A stretch of DNA of 25,114 bases from a virus (Duplodnaviria; Caudoviricetes). This document shows, in pieces, positions 1 to 6,732 of the stretch. Position 1 is the stretch's first letter. The number at the start of each line of letters is the position of its first letter. The notes beneath the pieces were generated by a model that saw only the letters and a list, made by a program, of their open reading frames with translations, made no database searches and was not told the origin of the DNA. The stretch spans positions 1-25,114 of IMG/VR virus record IMGVR_UViG_3300011339_000794; one strand, written 5' to 3'. A program made the translations under genes and the position numbers.

Positions 1-10
1 GAATGATCAT
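1..10 (-). CDS. Start of next gene in the leftward operon (runs off the window edge)
   Basis: Minus strand reads AAATAGGAGATGAAAATG, close to the translation-initiation motif used by many genes here; ATG at 10-8. Confidence 0.5.
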
Positions 11-19
11 TTTCATCTC

Positions 20-970
20 CTATTTCATTCTGTGTTCGTAGGAACCATTCTTAATGATCTTGCGGATCACGCGCACGTCATTCACCACATCGTCCATTAA
101 CAATCCCGGTCGCCATGTGGCAAAACGTCCGAGGGAATAGATGCCGAAATTGTCGCTCGCCCACAGGATGAATCTGCGGCGCTCGCCTTCGTCAATCGGC
201 AGGATCTTTGAATATGGCTGCATTGACAGCTTTGCATCTTGCCATTCACAATCTTCCATTCCGAGGCAATACAAGGCATCCAATACAAGAAGATTAACAG
301 CGGATTCATCGTTGCTGATTTCCTCAGCTTTGATCTTCAGCTCTTCATTAGTCAATTCAGGGAAAGAAAACTCTATGGTGAGTTTCTGCCCTGTCAGGCT
401 AACGCGATTGAATTCTCTGTAAGGATTTGGCACATAGAGGCTGACATAAGCATCGCTCTTCGGAACCAAACAGTTAATGTTGAATCCATTCACATAGCTG
501 AACTTCGGAATTTCATCATACTTCAACAGCTTCATCAGCACTGGCATCGGTATCGTAGAGATGATTGGTCTGCTCATGAATTCTAATGCATCGGTGCCGA
601 TTTTGATATCGAAAAACACATCTCCTGTGACACGCTTGCGCAGCTCCTGAATCAAGTTTTCCGGCGCGATGTAGCGCTCGCTGATTTCACCGTTGGCGGT
701 CGCTACAGACCGCAGCGATGCTGTTCCGTTGGTCTTCAATGAATATGCCATGGCGTCAGCGACTGGATTGCGCCATGGATCGGTTGTCTTCATCATCTTG
801 ACTTTTTTGAACGGAATGTCCAAAGCGTCCCCGACGATGGATGAGCGGAACCGCAGAACCGCTGAGTGGTTGTTCGGCAGTGATGCGGCTGACTCCCAGA
901 TTGATACACTCTGATCGCGAATCATTCCTCCTGCCAGAAGGCCAGCCATTCCTGCGCCGATTATGTTCAT
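20..970 (-). CDS. FAD-dependent oxidoreductase (UDP-galactopyranose mutase / HemY-like superfamily)
   Basis: N-terminal Rossmann motif IIGAGMAGLLAG followed by a beta-strand ending in E (SIWE); C-terminal YSLGRFATW resembles the GR(L/F)xx(Y/W) FAD motif of UGM-like enzymes. Start placed at ATG 970 because of the ATGA overlap with the upstream stop. Confidence 0.7.
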   Translation of the reverse strand: MNIIGAGMAGLLAGGMIRDQSVSIWESAASLPNNHSAVLRFRSSIVGDALDIPFKKVKMMKTTDPWRNPVADAMAYSLKTNGTASLRSVATANGEISERYIAPENLIQELRKRVTGDVFFDIKIGTDALEFMSRPIISTIPMPVLMKLLKYDEIPKFSYVNGFNINCLVPKSDAYVSLYVPNPYREFNRVSLTGQKLTIEFSFPELTNEELKIKAEEISNDESAVNLLVLDALYCLGMEDCEWQDAKLSMQPYSKILPIDEGERRRFILWASDNFGIYSLGRFATWRPGLLMDDVVNDVRVIRKIIKNGSYEHRMK

Positions 971-1470
971 TGTTTGCCCTTCCATTCAGCCCATGGCTTG
1001 CCGATGTTTTTGTTCTGTTCGATTTTGTCCCACGCAGCATCAACCATTAAAATTATGTTGCACCTCATTTCATATGAGTCTGGGTCGGGTTGGTCGCAAA
1101 GAAAATGGTAAGCCTCCAGCTTGTCAGCCCAATCGAGCCACAACAGGTCTGCTGCTGAAAGATTGTCGTAGGGCGACACCAGCCCGAGGTCGTGGAAGAA
1201 AAGCACCTCTGCATATTCCTCCGCAGCTTTGATCTCGGGCCAGCGCTGCTTGATAGGAGATGGAATGTCGCCGAACAATTTCTCATGACAATCGTGAAAC
1301 AGCGCTGCTCGAAGAAGGTCGACAGATGGGCTGGGGTGGTACATCGAGAGTATCAATGCGACGCCCCAGCTGTGCTCTGCTGTGGTTTGCTTCATTGTGC
1401 GAGTGGTGTGCCAGCGCCTGACCCCACCAGAGGCCAAGAGCTTGTGCGTCCTTGGGAAATTGTCTTGCAT
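967..1470 (-). CDS. HD-domain phosphohydrolase, YfbR/5'-deoxynucleotidase-like
   Basis: Motifs RRWH...AEHSWGV...ALFHDCHE..GDIPSPIK...ADKLEA give the HD_3/YfbR pattern; GGAG RBS. Confidence 0.85.
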   Translation of the reverse strand: MQDNFPRTHKLLASGGVRRWHTTRTMKQTTAEHSWGVALILSMYHPSPSVDLLRAALFHDCHEKLFGDIPSPIKQRWPEIKAAEEYAEVLFFHDLGLVSPYDNLSAADLLWLDWADKLEAYHFLCDQPDPDSYEMRCNIILMVDAAWDKIEQNKNIGKPWAEWKGKQ

Positions 1471-1485
1471 GTTCCATCTCCATTT

Positions 1486-2049
1486 TCATTTAGACTTAGG
1501 TGATTTGATCTTCGCCACACGTCCGGCATACAAGCCGAGAATGTCCAGCGGGATCTCGTCGCCGTTGCGCATCCGTTCCTTCACATGGGCGATCAGTGTC
1601 TGCGGATGGACACCCATCTTGGCAGAAACTTCATAGCCCTTGTTCTCCAGATCGGCCTTGACAGACAGCGCCTCATTGTGTTGGCTCTTTTCAAAAACCA
1701 TCTGCAGCTCGCTCTTGATGAGTGCGGCAGCGCCATTGTTTTCGAGCCAGCTGATTGCGGCAGACCGTCTTTCGTCTTCCTTCGGCAGAGAGCCTGAAAC
1801 AAAATCATCGATTGTGATCTTGAAACCTGTTTCAGACTTGAACTCTGACATCCCGCACTCTGCCATCATGTCTGGCAGATCGACCGTCTTGAGACGATTG
1901 AGTTGCTTTTTGACGTCAGAGAGATTTTCTTCGAGGTCCTCTACGAGCTTTTCCATCGAGATGGCATTCTCCGCCATCGTACGGAATCGCAGAAGGGCGG
2001 GGGATTCATCCCGCCCCTCGTCCTCGCCTATGTCAAATGATATTTGCAC
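1486..2049 (-). CDS. Conserved phage replication-module protein (N-terminal coiled coil), function unknown
   Basis: GTG start with GAGGTG RBS; coiled coil then LPDMM...WL..NG...IK...VHPQTL pattern; lies next to the SSB-like gene. Confidence 0.65.
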   Translation of the reverse strand: MQISFDIGEDEGRDESPALLRFRTMAENAISMEKLVEDLEENLSDVKKQLNRLKTVDLPDMMAECGMSEFKSETGFKITIDDFVSGSLPKEDERRSAAISWLENNGAAALIKSELQMVFEKSQHNEALSVKADLENKGYEVSAKMGVHPQTLIAHVKERMRNGDEIPLDILGLYAGRVAKIKSPKSK

Positions 2050-2057
2050 AGATCACC

Positions 2058-2852
2058 TCAAAAGGGGATTTCTTCGGAATTGACCGGCTCGTCGCTGGCG
2101 ACGTCGCCACGCACTTCGCCACTCTTGATTGAACCACGGAAGTCCATTGCTTCCTGATACAAATCCTTCCAGTTTTCCATCTCCTGGAGGGTCTGACCGC
2201 GCTCAATCTTCCAACCTGCCCAATCGCCCTCGGGATTGCTCTCGTCCACGGTGGACAAGTTGTATGCCCGGTAGAAAAGGGGAGGCGTGAAGACCGTTCC
2301 ATCCTCGCGGCGCAGCTTCTCGCTCGTGGCCAATGTCAGCCACCGGCGAGCCTTCTTCAGTTGTGTGGAAGCCAAAGGCAAGAAGCACCTCCGCCCACCA
2401 GCCGAAATGTTGAGCCCGAAGAACTGTGCGGTCTCTGCAATGAGATTACCGTCCTTTGTTGTGGGCCGGTTCTTCTCGTCGCGGATGCAGTTGTCCATGA
2501 TCGAAGGATCTTCGTGAACCTTGACCAGACCCTTGCCAGTGGAGCGTGGCGCCCACTCAAGGTACTGCTTGACATAGTGCACTGGCAGGAACACGAGCGG
2601 AGATTCAAAAATCTCTTGCGTTCCGACATCGCAGATGTCTCCGATGTTCGCGCCCTTGATGAACTCAGGCTTCTTGGGCTGGACTTGCGGACTCAGCGCC
2701 TGAAGGATCGTGATGCGCGGAATGATGAGGTCGCGTGCCCCAACATTCTCCAAGCCATCCCCTGCATTCGGCGCAAAAAAGCTGTCTGTCAAGACAGTCA
2801 CTTCAGTCGATGTGTTCTGGGGGATGACGAGGTCTTTGGGTGATTTAGCCAT
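2058..2852 (-). CDS. Putative single-stranded DNA-binding protein
   Basis: GLENV..DLIIPRITILQALSPQV N-terminal motif and acidic C-terminal tail ending EEIPF, typical of SSB tails; AAGGAG RBS; first gene of the operon. Confidence 0.65.
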   Translation of the reverse strand: MAKSPKDLVIPQNTSTEVTVLTDSFFAPNAGDGLENVGARDLIIPRITILQALSPQVQPKKPEFIKGANIGDICDVGTQEIFESPLVFLPVHYVKQYLEWAPRSTGKGLVKVHEDPSIMDNCIRDEKNRPTTKDGNLIAETAQFFGLNISAGGRRCFLPLASTQLKKARRWLTLATSEKLRREDGTVFTPPLFYRAYNLSTVDESNPEGDWAGWKIERGQTLQEMENWKDLYQEAMDFRGSIKSGEVRGDVASDEPVNSEEIPF

Positions 2853-2906
2853 TTAAACACTCCTTGTTCGCTTAGGTCTGGGGATCCAGAACCGTTTGTG
2901 GAACGA

Positions 2907-2935
2907 ATATAGCTTGCCCTAGATTTTTATGAAAA
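2907..2935 (-). promoter_or_regulatory. Leftward sigma-70-type promoter
   Basis: Minus strand reads TTTTCA-N17-CTATAT upstream of the SSB-like gene in an AT-rich divergent gap; CTATAT matches the rhizobial -10 consensus. Confidence 0.55.
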
Positions 2936-3011
2936 GCACGAAAATTTTGCGATTTTCTCGAACTATTTTTTAAGTCACTGTAATTGCTCAGTAATTTTCT
3001 GCACAAACTTG

Positions 3012-3084
3012 TTGCCTTTCGGTCAGAGATGGTGCATAGTACCTTTGCCGACCGAATCGGCAGAGAAAATGGAGATAGAAAATG
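3012..3084 (+). promoter_or_regulatory. Early promoter-hairpin-RBS repeat, copy 1
   Basis: TTGCCT-N17-CATAGT, hairpin TGCCGA/TCGGCA, then AAATGGAGATAGAAAATG. Confidence 0.7.
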
Positions 3085-3312
3085 AACACGAAGAAGCTCA
3101 AGTCCATCTTTGCGAAGCTCGAAGGCATGAAGTCCGACCTCGAAGAGATTCGCGACAAGGCTCAGGAGACCTACGACAATCGCTCTTCGAAGTGGCAGGA
3201 TAGCGACAAGGGCCAAGCTGAGTTCGATCGCCTTAGCCACCTTGATTCAGCCATCAGCGACCTTGAGAATGTGATGGAAGACATCGACAACGCATCGGTC
3301 GAGGACGAGTGA
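3082..3312 (+). CDS. Small acidic helical early protein
   Basis: 76 aa; starts at the ATG of repeat copy 1. Confidence 0.8.
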   Translation: MNTKKLKSIFAKLEGMKSDLEEIRDKAQETYDNRSSKWQDSDKGQAEFDRLSHLDSAISDLENVMEDIDNASVEDE

Positions 3313-3320
3313 CATACCCG

Positions 3321-3366
3321 GTGGGAGCTTCGGCTCCCACTCATTCCTAAATGGAGAATGAAAATG
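3321..3366 (+). repeat. Hairpin + RBS intergenic unit, class 2, copy A
   Basis: GTGGGAGC-TTCG-GCTCCCAC-TCA...AAATGGAGAATGAAAATG; similar to 4372-4418. Confidence 0.65.
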
Positions 3367-3588
3367 ACACCTTCAGAAGTTTTGCTCGCTATTGCCCGTG
3401 CCGAGTTCCGCTGGCCAACCGACCTTGAGCGAGAGATGTTCCCAGGACTCAAAAGCCAAAGCTGGATGATCGCCAGCCTGAACAACTACGTCACTGCCAT
3501 TGTCGATGGGGACTTCATCGAAATCTACAAAGGCAGAGACATCTATCAGCTTCAGGTCTTGCGGATGGATGAACCGCTAGAGGACTAA
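3364..3588 (+). CDS. Hypothetical early protein
   Basis: ATG at the end of the conserved RBS motif; 74 aa. Confidence 0.7.
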   Translation: MTPSEVLLAIARAEFRWPTDLEREMFPGLKSQSWMIASLNNYVTAIVDGDFIEIYKGRDIYQLQVLRMDEPLED

Positions 3589-3612
3589 CCACCACCGAAA
3601 GTGGCTGGGTCG

Positions 3613-3717
3613 AAAAATAATTTCGATTCAGCCAACTTTTCTGTTTGCCTTTCTGACGGAATGGCGCATAACATCTTTACCGGCCGATTCGAGCCGCCTA
3701 AATGGAGACCGAAAATG
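3613..3717 (+). promoter_or_regulatory. Early promoter-hairpin-RBS repeat, copy 2
   Basis: AAAAATAATT...TTTTCTGTTTGCCTTTCTGACGGAATGGCGCATAA...CCTAAATGGAGACCGAAAATG. Confidence 0.75.
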
Positions 3718-3972
3718 ACCCCGACAATCAACACCAACGGCACCCACCCCGACGACCTCTGCAAGACCTACGGTGCGGCATCTGACGCCATCCGCACCGC
3801 CCTCCGGCTGGTGGTCGACATTCAGCCCCGTCTGCGCGATTACCCCACGCGCATCGAATGGGCTCAGGCCAACCTTGCCCACGCTCGCTGGGTCGTGGCC
3901 TTGGGCAAGATCCGTGGCGAGCTGGAGGACACCGAGGTCCAAATTTACGATCAGGTGTATGATCAAAAATAA
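3715..3972 (+). CDS. Hypothetical early protein (PTINTNGT...PRLRDY)
   Basis: ATG at the repeat RBS; the ORF-track 5' extension runs through the promoter repeat and is not real. Confidence 0.75.
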   Translation: MTPTINTNGTHPDDLCKTYGAASDAIRTALRLVVDIQPRLRDYPTRIEWAQANLAHARWVVALGKIRGELEDTEVQIYDQVYDQK

Positions 3973-4067
3973 TTCACCGCACCCCATCTTTTCTGTTTTC
4001 TTATCTGACGTAATGGCGCATAAAGATTCTGCCGGCGAGTTCGCCGCATAAATGGAGATCGAAAATG
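3965..4067 (+). promoter_or_regulatory. Early promoter-hairpin-RBS repeat, copy 3
   Basis: AAAAATAATT...TTTTCT-N17-CATAAA, hairpin CGGCGAG/TTCGCCG, AAATGGAGATCGAAAATG. Confidence 0.75.
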
Positions 4068-4361
4068 TTTCACACTCATCCCTTCGAAGAAATCGACGTC
4101 AACTTCAACGGCGGATCGTTCTCCGCCTCTGGCGAGATCCAGGTCGGTTTCTTCGTCGAGCCAGCTGATCCGAGTGTCGGCTACTTCCAAAGCCAGATCA
4201 TCATCGATGGTTTCGGTGGTGCGCAGCTTGAGCTCGTCGACGACGAGGGCAACATCACCGTCGTTTTCGCCGCCGAGGACAGCGACCTTTGGAAGCAGAT
4301 CACCAAGACCTTCTGCGACCAGTCGCTGATCGAGGACATCATCTACAGCGAGCAGCTCTGA
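4065..4361 (+). CDS. Highly acidic small early protein (candidate DNA mimic)
   Basis: 98 aa; about 18 D/E against 2 K and no R by manual count; first gene after promoter copy 3. Confidence 0.75.
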   Translation: MFHTHPFEEIDVNFNGGSFSASGEIQVGFFVEPADPSVGYFQSQIIIDGFGGAQLELVDDEGNITVVFAAEDSDLWKQITKTFCDQSLIEDIIYSEQL

Positions 4362-4371
4362 CCCTCGCAAA

Positions 4372-4418
4372 GGGGAGCCAAGGCTCCCCACTCACCCCGC
4401 AAATGGAGAATGAAAATG
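4372..4418 (+). repeat. Hairpin + RBS intergenic unit, class 2, copy B
   Basis: GGGGAGCC-AA-GGCTCCCC-ACTCA...AAATGGAGAATGAAAATG. Confidence 0.65.
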
Positions 4419-4694
4419 GCTCGTCCGCGCAAAATCCACCCCTCCCTGCTCTCCGTCAGCCGCAGCCGTTTCCCGGCTGAGATCGCCAACGACAGCGCCA
4501 AGCGTGGCCAGCTGGCTGCGCCCAAGGTGCTGTTCGGCGAATGCTCCCGCTATGCGGTGGCCCCGATCCATACACGCTTCAGCACGATCGTTTGGTTCGT
4601 CTGGGACGCCGAGCACGAATACAGCTCGCTGAAGGCTGCTGAAATCATCCGCCAAGAAAACAGCTTCGAGGAAGCTGTCGTCGATCTGAATTGA
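4416..4694 (+). CDS. Hypothetical early protein
   Basis: ATG at the conserved RBS motif; 92 aa; codon usage like its neighbours. Confidence 0.75.
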   Translation: MARPRKIHPSLLSVSRSRFPAEIANDSAKRGQLAAPKVLFGECSRYAVAPIHTRFSTIVWFVWDAEHEYSSLKAAEIIRQENSFEEAVVDLN

Positions 4695-4704
4695 GGAGGT
4701 GCAA

Positions 4705-4908
4705 ATGGCTAATAAAGTCAGCAGCACCACAAAGGGCGACGATGGCGTTTATTGCGTCTCCTACTTCGGCAAGACAGCTGGCTGGGTGTACCCGGCCACC
4801 ACCTGCGACGGCGACAAAGTCTACAAGGCCGTGACTGTTCACCACTGCACCAAACATTTTAATGATCTGGCGAGCGCAGAGCACTGGCTGATCGGGGAGT
4901 ATTACTGA
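4705..4908 (+). CDS. Hypothetical small protein
   Basis: GAGGAGG RBS; TGATG coupling to denV. Confidence 0.7.
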   Translation: MANKVSSTTKGDDGVYCVSYFGKTAGWVYPATTCDGDKVYKAVTVHHCTKHFNDLASAEHWLIGEYY

Positions 4909-5327
4909 TGACACGCATCAACTGCATTCCTACGCAAGACCTGCACAAAAAGCACCTCATCGCTGAGTACCACGAGATCACTCGCGTTTTTGGGCTCGTC
5001 AAGAGGCTGCTGGCCTCCGGCAAGGATCCGGCCAACTGTGGCGCTCCGGACCAATACGTCCTCGGAACCGGCCATGTGCGCTTTTTCTACACGCGGCTGG
5101 CTTGGATCCAGAACCGCGTCGCAGACCTCGCCATCGAGATGGACAGCCGTGGCATCAAGGCCAGGGTAGAGATGATCCAGGGCATCGCTGACGGAATCCC
5201 TGAGCGGTTCTTCGGGGATTGGGAGCCGACAGAGACCGACATCGCCTTGAACAAGGAGCGCATCGACGAGCGCCTTGTGGACATGGCAGCCAAGCCAAAA
5301 AGAAAAGTGCCAACTTTGGACGATTAG
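4908..5327 (+). CDS. denV: Pyrimidine dimer DNA glycosylase (T4 endonuclease V family)
   Basis: MTRIN...HLIAEYHEITRVFG...LGTGHVRFFY aligns with T4 DenV (MTRIN...HLMAEYRELPRVFG...LGAGHVTFFY); Thr2, Arg3, Glu23 and Arg26 are conserved. Confidence 0.93.
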   Translation: MTRINCIPTQDLHKKHLIAEYHEITRVFGLVKRLLASGKDPANCGAPDQYVLGTGHVRFFYTRLAWIQNRVADLAIEMDSRGIKARVEMIQGIADGIPERFFGDWEPTETDIALNKERIDERLVDMAAKPKRKVPTLDD

Positions 5328-5334
5328 GGCAATA

Positions 5335-5412
5335 TTTCTGTTTTCTTTTGACCAGAGATGGTGCATAAAGATTCTGCCAGCGAGGCGCTGGCCTAAATGG
5401 AGATCGAAAATG
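5335..5412 (+). promoter_or_regulatory. Early promoter-hairpin-RBS repeat, copy 4
   Basis: TTTCTGTTTTCT-N17-CATAAA GATTCT GCCAGCG/CGCTGGC CTAAATGGAGATCGAAAATG. Confidence 0.75.
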
Positions 5413-5748
5413 ACCAACCTGACAAACGCTTCCCTCGCCACCCAGTTCGCTCTCGTCCATGCGGAAGTCGAAGCTGCTAAGGCCAAGCTCGAATCCCTCC
5501 GCACCCAGATCCTCGAGCAGGGCATGGAGCGCATCGACGGCGACCACTGCTACGTGCTCGTTTCGCTCTCTGAGCGCTCCACGGTCGACGCCAAGGCGGC
5601 ACGCCGCGAGCTCTCGCCGGCACAGCTGCTGCTCGCTGCCAAGACCTTCGACGCCGACATCATCCGCGAGCTGGCTGGCGACAAGGTCGGCTCAATCATC
5701 AAAACAAAGCTGTGCGAGTCCGTGCTGCTGCGCCACACCGAGGGATAA
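5410..5748 (+). CDS. Hypothetical early protein (N-terminal coiled coil)
   Basis: ATG at the repeat RBS; 112 aa. Confidence 0.75.
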   Translation: MTNLTNASLATQFALVHAEVEAAKAKLESLRTQILEQGMERIDGDHCYVLVSLSERSTVDAKAARRELSPAQLLLAAKTFDADIIRELAGDKVGSIIKTKLCESVLLRHTEG

Positions 5749-5749
5749 A

Positions 5750-5965
5750 ATGGCCAAGACGCTTTACGACAAGGCAATCGAAAAGATCAGGGAGTACGAG
5801 GCTAAGTCCTCCCTGAGTCCCGCCAAACGAGGCAAGCTGTTCCAGACCGTTAGCGAGGTGAACAAATGGGACGAGCACCTCGCCCACGTCTCGCTCCACA
5901 TCAAGCTTGACACTCTGTTGCAGCACATCAACGCAGAAGAAGAAGTCCCACAGCCCGAACAATAA
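5750..5965 (+). CDS. Hypothetical protein
   Basis: GAGGGA RBS; starts 1 nt after the previous stop; 71 aa. Confidence 0.7.
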   Translation: MAKTLYDKAIEKIREYEAKSSLSPAKRGKLFQTVSEVNKWDEHLAHVSLHIKLDTLLQHINAEEEVPQPEQ

Positions 5966-5977
5966 ATGGAGATGAAA

Positions 5978-6583
5978 ATGAAAACCTACGGATTCGATTT
6001 CGGCAATCATCAACATGATGGCAAGATCTATGAATTCAAGAGTCGTCGGCACGCAGCCAGCCATGGCAATGGCCTGTTGGTCGCCACCTGTGCCGAGGAC
6101 ATCGTCGGATCCAGCGTCACTGCGCAACAGATGGTGATGCTGTATAATCGATTTTTTGACAAGCAGCCGGTCAAAAGATTTCAAGACAAGATTACGGCAG
6201 CGCGAGCATTGATCGCTTTGGCTCAGGCGAAGGCGATCAAAATGATAGACACAGAAAGCGAAAATCCAATGAATGATGTTGCAGAAGTTAAGGCTGTCGC
6301 GCCGAAAAAGGCCAAGGTCGTGAAGGCTGCCAAAGCGCCGAAGGCAGAAGCTGCCGAGGGCAATGGTCGCCGTGGTCGCAACTCGATGTTCGATGGCCGC
6401 AAGTTCAAGGCCAAGGATGGCCTGACGACCAATCCTCGCCGAGCCGGCACTAATGGCTTCACCTCCTTCGAAATCTTGCTGGCCAATCCTGAAGGGCTGC
6501 AGTACGAGGACTACCTCGCTGCCGGTGGCCGACGTGTGGATCTTGCTTGGGACCTCGCCCACGACAATGTGGCCGTGATCTGA
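5978..6583 (+). CDS. Putative two-domain DNA-binding protein with a histone-like A/K/P linker
   Basis: AAATGGAGATGAAAATG start motif; linker APKKAKVVKAAKAPKAEAA; C-terminal NPRRAGT...YEDYLAAGG...DLAWD domain. Confidence 0.65.
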   Translation: MKTYGFDFGNHQHDGKIYEFKSRRHAASHGNGLLVATCAEDIVGSSVTAQQMVMLYNRFFDKQPVKRFQDKITAARALIALAQAKAIKMIDTESENPMNDVAEVKAVAPKKAKVVKAAKAPKAEAAEGNGRRGRNSMFDGRKFKAKDGLTTNPRRAGTNGFTSFEILLANPEGLQYEDYLAAGGRRVDLAWDLAHDNVAVI

Positions 6584-6594
6584 AGCAACGATTG

Positions 6595-6629
6595 GCGGGA
6601 GAGGGTAAGGTCGATCTCCCCTCTCCCGC
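6595..6629 (+). terminator. GC-rich stem-loop (terminator or processing site)
   Basis: GCGGGAGAGGG / CCCTCTCCCGC, 11-bp stem just after the stop; no clear U-tract on the + strand. Confidence 0.45.
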
Positions 6630-6630
6630 T

Positions 6631-6732
6631 AAAAATAGTTCGCACAATCCTAACTTTTCTGTTTTCTTATCTGACGGAATGGCGCATAAAGATTCTGCCA
6701 GCGAGTCGTTGGCCTAAATGGAGATGAAAATG
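6631..6732 (+). promoter_or_regulatory. Early promoter-hairpin-RBS repeat, copy 5
   Basis: AAAAATAGTT...TTTTCTGTTTTCT-N17-CATAAA GATTCT GCCAGCGA/TCGTTGGC CTAAATGGAGATGAAAATG. Confidence 0.75.

Noticed and set aside
967-1470. Calling the HD protein DatZ (Z-genome)
   Set aside because: No purZ or mazZ is visible in the window, and HD motifs alone do not define the substrate.
2872-3240. Minus-strand 122-aa ORF across the divergent promoter region
   Set aside because: Overlaps promoters and the antisense of 3082-3312; no convincing RBS.
3601-3714. ORF-track 5' extensions through repeats or upstream genes (also at 5275, 5459, 7966, 9137, 9297, 10887, 11329)
   Set aside because: True starts are fixed by SD motifs and start/stop overlaps further downstream.
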